From: Octopus vulgaris
Lineage: Eukaryota
Direction: 5' to 3'
Assembly (NCBI GenBank): GCA_951406725.2
Contig: OX597824.1
Location: 60,636,001 to 60,700,000, forward strand
DNA: 64,000 nt
Shown here: positions 53,846-64,000 of the stretch, piece by piece
Position numbering within the stretch: position 1 is the stretch's first letter
How the letters are laid out: the number at the start of each line of letters is the position of its first letter
The notes under the pieces: model-generated
Database searches by the model: none
Told to the model about the DNA's origin: nothing
Seen by the model: only the letters and a program-made list of their open reading frames with translations
Position numbers and translations under genes: made by a program

Positions 53846-54234
53846 AGCAAAGTTTGTATAAAATTAGTCTCAGGTTTAGCCACAGATCGATCAAGTTAGT
53901 AAAGTTTTAACAGTTTTGTGACAACATAGTGTCGCGATATATACTCAAATGGAAAGGTGAAAGAAAGAGATAATGTCACTCTCTCTTTGGAAGAGAAATT
54001 AATTTTCGACGTATTAAAACCCCTCATAACTTTTTATTTTTAAGAATTTTCACAAAAATTTTTCGATTTTGTCTTCTGCATGGAATTAATACGATTACAC
54101 TTCGCCCCAAATTATATTCCCTCCCTACTCCCCTAATTTCAAAACTTTCCACTGTTCAAGATTATCAAATAATAAAATAAAATAAAAAATTTTTCCTCAT
54201 ACCCCTAATTCCCAAACTTTCCTCAATTGAATCT

Positions 54235-54725
54235 TGCGTGTTTGTGTAAGATAAAAACATTTATTAACAGAAAACTATGTTATTAAAATAAATTATCTTT
54301 ACAATACCTTTAAATTAAGTGTTTCTGGTTTTCGATGAGAAATAAGTTGCATGTAACTCTTCTTTCTCGTTTTCGATGAGACCCTTGTTTGCCGGGAAAA
54401 CTAGAAGAATGACATAATGCGCACTCTCTCTTTATTTCTAAAAAAACAGACCCTTGTTTTTTTTTGTTTTTTTTAATGAGAGTGCCCCCCTAGCGAGAAG
54501 ATCACAATCAAATTAAAATTTGGATTGCACACTTCATGGGCAAGTTTTCGAGTTTTAATACTTTATCCGCAATAATTTAAAGGTATGTTACAGATTTATT
54601 GCATAACATAATTTATCTGTTAGTAAATGTTTTTCTCGTAACAGTTTAAAAGTATGTTAAAGATAATTTATTTTAATAACACAATTTTCTATTAGTAAAT
54701 AATTTTCTCTTACACAAACATGCAA
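54235..54725. repeat. Fold-back/MITE-like inverted repeat
   Basis: 54235-54313 versus 54645-54725 (diverged reverse complement). Confidence 0.6.
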
Positions 54726-54839
54726 AAATTTGGATTTCGAAGTATCTAAAAAGTTATTTGAAAATTTTAAAGGGAAACGAATGGCAGTGGAAAGTTTTAG
54801 AATTAGGGCGGTAGGGAGGGGAAATATTCTTTTCTACTC

Positions 54840-55000
54840 TAAGCACAAGGCCCGAATTTTTTTTTTTGGTGGAGTGGGGCAGTCGATTAGATCGACGCCA
54901 GTTCTCAACTGGTACTTAATTTATCGATCCCGAAAGAATGAAAGGCAAAGTCGACCTCGGAGGAATTTGAACTCAGAACGTAAGACAGACGAAATACCAA
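54840..55000 (-). mobile_element. SINE family B
   Basis: Reverse complement of the family core. Confidence 0.75.
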
Positions 55001-55199
55001 TTTCTTTATTGCCCACAGGGGGCCAAACACAGAAATGGCGAAAACAACTGATTGGGATCAGTAATACGTTATGATTTTACATAAAATATTAATATAAAAA
55101 TTACATAAAAATCGATTGAAATTAACAATACAGAGACAATACAAATGTAGCGATGACCAGGCCACGCTCCGAACCCACAAGCCCCGATCTATCGCTGGT

Positions 55200-57895
55200 A
55201 CCTTTTTTTTCTTCTTCTTTTATAGCCTATTTACACGGTTCCTTGCACGCACAACACTTGTGCAACATGCTTCCATCTCTTTTTGAGCATACTCTCCGAC
55301 AGACACCTCTTCTCCAGCCACACCTTCCTTTTCAAATGAAAAGTAAAAAATGATCGTAAATCGTGGCCGGAGATAAAGTTGCCTGTCTTGATCCCTTTTA
55401 TCCTAGTCTTCCATACTGCCTCTTTCGCTATTGCTACAACCGTGAGAAAACAATTCTTACCTTCGTTTGTTAAAACTTCCAGTGGGTCAATTTTTATAAT
55501 TGACTCAGTCGACAGCCGTACTCTTCCTTCTCCGGACAACAGGTGTTCAGCATAAACCCACATTTCAGATATCTCCAGACACTGGAGGGTCGGTTTTTCT
55601 GTCTCCCCCGCATCTTGGACATGTCTTGCGAGCTTATCCCAAACGGGCAAGGCACCTCTGTAACATTATCAGGTCAAGGACTTTTGGAAATTGTCCAACG
55701 TTCTTAACACGAATGTACGGTGGAACAGGCTGTTCAGTTGAATATATCCGAGACCTAGATTCCCCCCAGGTCACGTCACATCCAGACTCTACCAACACAC
55801 TATATAAAATTCGTGTAGAACCCCCACCGCTGGCGTTGCCCAAGCACTGGAATAGAAGGAGGGCCTTACGGCACTCTTTATGCCATTCACTCGACCTTGG
55901 AAAACACCAGGCTTCCTGTTCCTTTTGAACTCGGCTTTTGACAACAGACAGAGCGTTTCACAAATGGCGACCTGCCCTTCCACAAAAAACGAAAGAGCTG
56001 TCTCTCCAGCCAGATCAACCACGAATCCGGACAAGGCACGACGGTCAGGTGGTAGGTAATGACCGATGCGATAAACACATTGGCCACCTTCGCCCTCTCT
56101 TTCAGTGATAGCCACCGCCAAGACCAGGTCTTGAGTACTGCAGCCACCCTGCTCGAAACCTCTGTCCAGTTCTTCTCTATCTGGAGGCCTGGTCCAAACC
56201 AGACTTCCAGCAAGTTAACCGGTCCTTCTGTTCAGCGCCCAACAATGCTGTCTGAAGGCATCGACTTGCCAACCCAGGCGCCGAGCTGCAAGCCGACTGA
56301 CTTTTCCCGGTTAATCTTTCCTCCTGCCACCATCTCGTAAACCTCAATAGCCTTACCCACTTTACGTAGGCGTGCTATTTTGGTTACGCTGATAGTGATA
56401 TCGTCTGCGTAAGCTGTAACAAACTCCTCTAAACCTGGTTCTCTCGGGATGCCACTCAACCTTCGCAGTAGGGGCTCAAGAGTCACCACATACAAAAGTG
56501 GTGAGAGCGGACATCCTTGACGAACCGAGCGCCTCCTGCAGAACGGCTTCGAAAGAAACCGTTTACCCGAACTGTCGAGTAAATGTTGTGATACATAGCG
56601 ATAAACCACCTGAGGAAGCCAAGGCCTAGGCCGAACCGCGCAAGCACAGTCGCCAGGTATCGATAGTCAACCCTATCAAAATGTACCAATGCCCCACCTT
56701 TGCCAGATTTATCACAAACCTTCTCTATGGTATAGCGAATAAGGTGGAGATTATCCTGAATGGTTCTTCATGGGATGGCACATATATCTGCCTCCCCGAC
56801 TATACCATTCGCGACACGCGCCAGCCTTTTGCTAAGACCTTGGTCAAAATCTCCACTTCTGCGTTTAACAGAGTGATGGGCCTGAAGTTATCTAAAACGT
56901 CCTCCTTGTCCGGGTCCTTTCTGACCAACGTTACTACTCCCCGGCGCACAGATCTGCGGATAAACCCATTCTGTTGCCAGTTCGCATACACGTCAGCCAA
57001 TAGGTCCCCGAACAGGTCTGGCATACATTTATACAGCTCGTACGGAAGACCATCAAGTCCCGGCGACTTACCCGCTTTACAGTCGGCCATAGCCTCCATC
57101 AACTCCACAGGCGTGATCGACCCTTCGCAAGACTCCGCATCCGACTTCGAGAGGCACAGCAGTCCGGCAAGAAAGTCCTCGAGGAATCCCCCACCTTCAG
57201 GACCACCATCACCCCCGAACAGTTGGGCGAAGTTCTCCCGAAAGGCCTCACACATTTCCTCGGGTTCGTTTACGAAGACACCATTTTGATTCGTCAAAGA
57301 CCAAATAGTGGATCTATTTCCTTGTCGAGCTTCCACCACTCGGGCCCATCCAGCGGCCTTGATTTCTTCACTTCCATCGCACGTAACTTAGCTCTGGCAA
57401 TACTTCTCATGTGTTGGGCTTCAAGATACTGGTTCAACTCCAGTCTCTTCACCTTCACTTGGTCCGCATTACCAGTTCTCCAAGCTTCTTCTAGTTCCTT
57501 AACTAGACCATCTCTTATTCTACGTCCCTTCTTAGCTAAACTTAAGCTAAACCTAATAGACTCATATTTTATGGTTCTTTTTAAGGCATACCACTATTTG
57601 TTATTAATGATGGTACCTGTCAATGCCCTCTATATTAACATCTCGATCCGCTTTCTGTACTCCTCAATCGCCAAAAGGGGCGTATTGAGTTTCCAGTAGC
57701 CAGATCCCTGTCTATGCAACTTATCTACTGTCAGCTTACAGGTAACCATCTTGTGATCACTGTAGCTGACTAAATAAAACTGTGGACACATAGCTATGGA
57801 CTTATCTGTTTTTCTAATTAAAACCCTATCTAGATATATTCTGGAAGACCCGTCACTATTTGACCACGTCCACTGTGGAGTGTTCCCCGACGAGC
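55200..57895 (-). mobile_element. Tx1-like LINE ORF2 (APE + RT), frameshifted
   Basis: SRIYLDRVL..SDH..GYWKLN; GKSPGLDGLPYELY; NFRPITLLN; VRQGCPLSPLLY; AYADD; LEVWFGP. Confidence 0.92.
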
Positions 57896-58052
57896 TTCTT
57901 TCAGTTTCCATCTATCAAATCCACACACAAGGCTTTGGTCGGCCAGAGGCTATAGTAGAAGACACTTGCCCAAGGTGCCACGCAATGGGAATGAACCCGG
58001 AACCATGTGGTTCGTAAGCAAGCTACTTACCACATGGCCACTCCTGCACCTA
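57896..58052 (-). mobile_element. SINE family A 5' part, truncating the LINE
   Basis: Reverse complement of the family head. Confidence 0.8.
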
Positions 58053-58529
58053 TATTAGAAAAAAAAAATTAGCCGTAATTATTTTATTATTACGTTATGA
58101 TATACAATGATTATTTAAAAAAATTTGTATTTTTTCCTTACAATTAATTATAATTTGTATAATTTTTTAGTTTATAATTTTTTAGTTTAAAATGCTCGCA
58201 TTTTTCCATGTAATTACACTATTTTATTTTCACTTTTTTTTTGCTAGAGGTTAACCAATTTCTCCACATACCGTCGAATCGCACGCATGACTAAATAACA
58301 TAATTTATTTATTGCATTTATAACACGTTATTTACATCTGTAAAAGATATTCTGCAGACTGCCATATTCTTTTATTTGTTTCAGTCAAGACTGGTGTTTA
58401 TTCTATCAGTCTCTTTATCTAAGGTGCAGGGACAGAAACACACCAACACTAGATGTCAAGCAGACCCAAATACACACAGTCATAGATATATATATCTTCA
58501 CACACATACACACACACACGCACGCACAC

Positions 58530-58690
58530 ACACTATGGGCTTCTTTCAGTTTCCGTCTATCAAATCCACTCAGAAGGCTTTAGGTTGGCCCGATGCTGTA
58601 ATAGAAGATACTTTCCGAATGTGCCACGCATTGGGACTGAAACCAGAGGCATGTGGATAAGAAGCAAGCTTCTTACCACACAGCCACGCC
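58530..58690 (-). mobile_element. SINE family A 5' part
   Basis: Reverse complement of the family head. Confidence 0.75.
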
Positions 58691-59085
58691 AATCACTAAA
58701 CTAGAAATAAAATTTTAAAGTTTATTCCTTCCGTACGACCTTGCATCACATGAAACACGACACGGTGGTTGCAGACCTCTGCACTACAAAGTTCATCGGA
58801 GTATTACTCTGATCACATTTGTAACGGAGCTGCTGCTGTACAGTCATACTAGACCATACGAGTGGAAGTAAGGAAGAGTCATCGGACAATTTAAATGAAC
58901 AAATGGGAAGAGTCAAAAGCAAGTTAAAGAAATCCTACAATCAAGTTGTGCGTGTGTGTGCGTTGTGTGTGTGTGTGTGTATGTGAGTGTGTGTGTGTGT
59001 GTGTATGCGCGCGCACGTGTGTGTATTTTTATGCGTGTGTGTGAGCGTGTGTGTGTGAGCGTGTGTGCGTGTGTGTGTTGTAAAG

Positions 59086-59122
<37 letters not shown>

Positions 59123-59614
59123 GTGAGATGTTGCACTTAACATTTTAAATCCCAAGCACTGTGTATACTTGTAACCAAAGCAAAGAAAGTGTGTTCGCGA
59201 CTATAGTGATATATGAAATTATCGAACCATTACCGAAGCAGCTAATTTACTGTATCAGAGACTAGCTTAAAGGCCGCACACCTGCTGACATTTCGTGTAG
59301 CTCACGATCGTATTCATCCGATTATTACCCAAGCCTGCCAGAACTGCTCCCGCTTATTCTACTTCTTTCATATACTTGAAGCTACAAGAATGGAGATCTT
59401 TTATTGCCTTTAATGTGTATTATACTGAGCACCACAAAGATTCACCATCTGTGATTATAAGAGAGTTTCACTTATTTGTAATCAAGAAAAATCATGACAA
59501 TAATTGATTACCCAGCACTTCAACAAAAGACATGGTCACATGTTGGTGAGCAGAGAACTGCTGCTGATGTCCATGTTTTTTATTGGGGCTGTGACAATAC
59601 TTCATTGTCGGAAG

Positions 59615-60000
59615 GGCGGTGAGCACGCCGGGCGAAATGCTGAGCGGTATTTCGTCTGTCGTTACGCTGTGAGTTCAAATTCCGCAGAGGTCGACTTTGC
59701 CTTTCATCCTTTCAGGGTCGGTAAATTAAGTACCAGTTACGCACAGACTTAATCCGTTTGTCTGTCCTTGTTTGTCCCCTCTGTGTTTAGCCCCTTGTGG
59801 GTAGTAAAGAAATAGGTATTTCGACTGCCGCTACGTTCTGAGTTCAAATTCCGCCGAAGTCGACTTTGCCTTTCATCCTTTCGGGGTCGATTAAAATAAG
59901 TACCAGTTACGCACTGGGGTCGATATGATCGACTTAATCCGTTTGTCTGTCCTTGTTTGTCCCTTCTATGTTTAGCTCTCTGTAGGCAATAAAGAAATAA
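59615..60000 (+). mobile_element. SINE family B tandem dimer
   Basis: Core plus tail (aatccgtttgtctgtccttg..taaagaaata) repeated twice, ~170-185 bp apart. Confidence 0.8.
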
Positions 60001-60219
60001 ATACTTCATTGTCATTGATAAGCTGAATACCACAAAAAAGGAAAAAAAAAGGAAAAGAAAAACCACTCAGACTGTTCCATCATATAAAATAAGCCTAGCG
60101 AGGTTATCTTAAATTGTAAGGAGTTGTGCGCTTCCTCTTGTATCGCAAGGTTATCTTAAAAGATAAGTAGGTACTGTGTACTCCAAAGCTACGCCCTCGG
60201 GTGTCTCAAATAAAACATA

Positions 60220-62976
60220 TGTAACGAACTTCATGTGTGAGTGTGAATAAATATCTTGTCTTGTACTTTCGGGGTACAAGAAAGCAATCACTCACTCGTT
60301 CGTTAATAATCCAGAATTCTACTAGTCAGAAACAACAAGACGCAGACGTGAAATATATATAATTACTTTATTCTCTTTCTTGGTAACAATAACAATAAGT
60401 GTGTTATCTGATGTCCTTGATTCTGGGCGCGCAAGGCTGAAAGTTAATAGATTGTAATATTTACAATGTCCAGCCGCTAAACCAGAAAGGGGTCAAGATG
60501 GCGTCGAACAGGGAAGTTGAATGTGGTCGGCAACAATTTGGTTAAAGGCATTCGGCCGACTGCTGCTATCAACCGGAGAGAATATATGCGTGACCGCCGC
60601 CTTCAATCGCTGGGTCCCAAGTCCCCGCTTGCTGCTGCTAGTGGTCAAACGTTCTACGATCCCCCTGCCCTGCTAACTACCACGATAGGCAAGCGGGTCG
60701 TGCTTCCGGTGGTTCGCGCATGCGCGAGAGGGCCCTTCCTTTCTGTGCCTTGGTGAAGGCACCAACACGCGCGAAATACAAATGGACGGTGCGCGCTCGC
60801 GCACCGTTGTAGGATCACTACAGGCTCCCCTCCAGTGCGTACGCACGAAAGGAAACTTATTGTAGTGACTGCAAAACTCAAGGTGGACACCAGATAACCA
60901 AATAGCACACAATAATATAATGGCAAAATTTATAACATACACAAGAAATTTACTAAAGGAAAAAGAGAAAAAATACTCAATGAGCAAAAATCAAGAGTGC
61001 ATGCATGAAAGTGTATACGTCACAAAAGTATAAACCCTTCCGCTGAAAGGAGCGGAGGGAAAAGCAAAACTCACAGTTAATGTACCTAGGCGAAATTAAA
61101 TCCAACTTCTCTAAAGGTAGTTGATCCTGCAAAATAGCAGTTAAATCAATTGCTGCAGGAAAGGAAAAGGAATTGACAGAAGATCGCTAGTAACACAAAA
61201 GGCAAAAGTGCAAACATGCTGGTGTGATGCGCGACACAGATAATTTTCTGTTATTTACGTGACCAACAGTGGTCTAACAGGGAAAAATAATTACGCCTAA
61301 ACATGGCGCAGCGCATGTGAACATCCGACGTCTATGAGTCGGGAAAAGAATTAATCTAGCGCAAACGTGTTGCAATATTCAAGGCAATACACGTGCGAAG
61401 CAAAAGGCGCATGAAATGCAATAAGGGCTTGCCAGACCGAAAAAACAGCATGAATATGCCAGTGGTTAAGCGATTATATGCTTCGTTCGTATAGGAACAA
61501 AAGTATGACATGCTGGCGCGTCATAATGGACAAACAACCCTCTCTATGTATACGTGACCGACCTAGGGTCTATAGAAATGAGGGGTGTCCACAAAAGGCA
61601 AATTTAGCATGGAACAAACAAGCGAGAAAAGCATGTGTGACGTATGTATGTGAGAGAGAGCATTTATGTGTGTGTACGTGTGTGCGACAGAAATACATAC
61701 AAGGTGAATGCGAGCAAAAATATAAAAGAATATACAGCGCATAGAAAAAATGTCTCTCGGGCTATTCCAGACAATGGAATTAGTTTACCAGTCTATAATA
61801 GCCTGATGCACAATAGCAGTTCGTTCTGTAACAGAAATGTTGAAATCACAAAATGCAGATGCCGGTTGAACACATATCGTGTAACGGTTGTGGCTTCAAT
61901 GCTGTGACAGGTTAACTGGAACAGAAGAATCTCGTAGATAGACGGTGCTGTAAGTCCTTGGTGTGCATATGCACAAAACAGCGTGCACGCTAAAGTTCCG
62001 CGAGTTGCTATGTACATCTTGTGGAGGTCGACGGTGTTGAAAGGCGACGGTGGTGGTGGAAGGCGACTGTAGTGGACTTGGGACAACATCGTTCTTAGTG
62101 ATGATGGCGACGAAGATAGCGACGACGTGAAGTAGACAGACGACGATGATGATGACGAAGGCAGAGAAAAAGCATCGATGAATTGATGGCGTCCGTCATC
62201 ATGGCTGTAGAATAAGAAAAGAGGCTCCTTCTACAACTGTTTGTGGTGGCCGGAAACAAATCGTCGAAAGATGAATGCGTAGAGTTAAATCGTGTTCCGA
62301 CCTCGCAGAAAAACTGGATTTCTTTGTTGTTGATAAGTGATCTCTGGTTTTAGACCAGAATCACGTCGGGGGTCACCACTGTAATGAACTTCGAGAGTGT
62401 GTCAATCTCTTGTCTTGTACTTTCGGGGTACAAGAAAGCAATCACTCACTCGTTCGTTAATAATCCAGAATTCTACTAGTCAGAAACAACAAGACGCAGA
62501 CGTGAAATATATATAACTACTTTATTCTCTTTCTTGGTAACAATAACAATAAGTGTGTTATCTGATGTCCTTGATTCTGGGCGCGCAAGGCTGAAAGTTA
62601 ATAGATTGTAATATTTACAATGTCCAGCCGCTAAACCAGAAAGGGGTCAAGATGGCGTCGAACAGGGAAGTTGAATGTGGTCGGCAACAATTTGGTTAAA
62701 GGCATTCGGCCGACTGCTGCTATCAACCGGAGAGAATATATGCGTGACCGCCGCCTTCAATCGCTGGGTCCCAAGTCCCCGCTTGCTGCTGCTAGTGGTC
62801 AAACGTTCTACGATCCCCCTGCCCTGCTAACTACCACGATAGGCAAGCGGGTCGTGCTTCCGGTGGTTCGCGCATGCGCGAGAGGGCCCTTCCTTTCTGT
62901 GCCTTGGTGAAGGCACCAACACGCGCGAAATACAAATGGACGGTGCGCGAGCGCGCACCGTTGTAGGATCACTACA
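60220..62976 (-). mobile_element. Complete non-autonomous LTR retroelement, copy 2
   Basis: LTRs 60220-60822 and 62380-62976, TSD CATA, PBS 62359-62378, PPT GGAGGGGAG next to 60823; internal region colinear with copy 1. Confidence 0.92.
62359..62378 (-). promoter_or_regulatory. Primer binding site, tRNA-Trp
   Basis: Identical to 52647-52666. Confidence 0.9.
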
Positions 62977-63149
62977 CATACTATGTAAGATAAGAGAAAG
63001 TCTTTAACCATTCTGTTCGTATGAGAGTGCATGAGATTGTTAAAGTTATTGAGGATCTCTCCGGAGCGGATAGAACCTCGTAACTCGTTGTCAGACGTTT
63101 GTCATGCACCATCTCTTTTAACCCAGAGGGAGGGTGTGATTTCTTTTTT

Positions 63150-64000
63150 TACTTTCTATATGCATTACTTGGTGCTCCGGGGTTGCTGGCTGTAGAGAAG
63201 AAGGTGACTTGTTTCTTCTATGTCTCATATGAAGGTGCAGCTAATGCAATGTTTATCATTTGGTTGTCTAGACTTAGATAGCTGCCAACTGGCGTATTTT
63301 GCCTGTTTTCTACAAGTGATCACATGACCATACCTGTTCAGGCCGATTGTATGCTTTAAGTCATCCAATAAGACCTCTTACCAGAACAGCAAAAGTGTGG
63401 TCTGTTTTGAGTCAACAGACGTCTAAAAGTAAGGAATTTCTATGATATAGCCAGAGAGGAGAGAATTGTCACTAGAGATCTTTGACACAATGGTTTGTGT
63501 TTATCCTGCACACATCACCATATACAAGCTGCACAAGGAACCGATGTACTTTTGTTAGCAGAATTATTCATACCTTTGAAATACAATCAATACTTTTTTC
63601 TTTTTGTTAGTTTTCGTCACGTAGTGTCCCACATTTTGAAATACTGGCAATTTGTATTTTTACTGCTTATGTTTGCTTCCCTTGATATATTTCCGAAATT
63701 AAAGAATTTAACGTACTAAATGTACTTCACATTATCACATATACTATACGTTAATGCAAAAAATATTGTGCTTATTGACTATCTTCACACTGAGCACAGC
63801 ATCGACAGAAAGTTCACCAGAAAAACTGATGAATGGAATCTTGCTTCAGCACACAAGTCCTTGGTTTCAATAGCTGCTGTGCGTAACTGGCTTTGAACTG
63901 GTTTGATCATCCTCCTTATGTTAGTGATTTGGTTCCATCTGATTATGGTATGAAGAAACACTTGGCTGGGGACCAGTATCAATGTGATGATGACGTTTTA
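63150..64000 (-). mobile_element. Possible decayed LINE ORF2 C-terminus
   Basis: Minus strand gives RYGH and CISC..EETSHLLL, resembling a CCHC knuckle. Confidence 0.35.

Noticed and set aside
61793-62089. Internal ORF of LTR element copy 2 as gag (RLPPPPSPF)
   Set aside because: Only a faint resemblance to a gag N-terminus, and the frame is not preserved in copy 1.

Overview
AT-rich, microsatellite-dense eukaryotic intergenic or intronic DNA with no intact host gene that I can support. The tRNA-derived SINE families and microsatellite load suggest an octopus or other cephalopod genome (inference). The window is almost entirely transposable-element debris: Penelope-like elements, three mariners plus a Tc1-like remnant, CR1/L2, Tx1-like, RTE and R4/Dong LINE fragments, three non-autonomous Helitrons and many SINEs. 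Main points of interest: (i) several sequence-unrelated hammerhead-ribozyme motifs, two of them inside 355-bp and 482-bp units with terminal direct repeats (retrozyme-like); (ii) two complete copies of a ~2.75-kb non-coding LTR retroelement with TG..CA LTRs, 4-bp TSDs, a tRNA-Trp PBS and a PPT; (iii) a probable decayed GPCR pseudogene; (iv) an unexplained branched hairpin. Most entries in the ORF track are microsatellite artefacts. Coordinates were read by eye, and boundaries of decayed elements are approximate.
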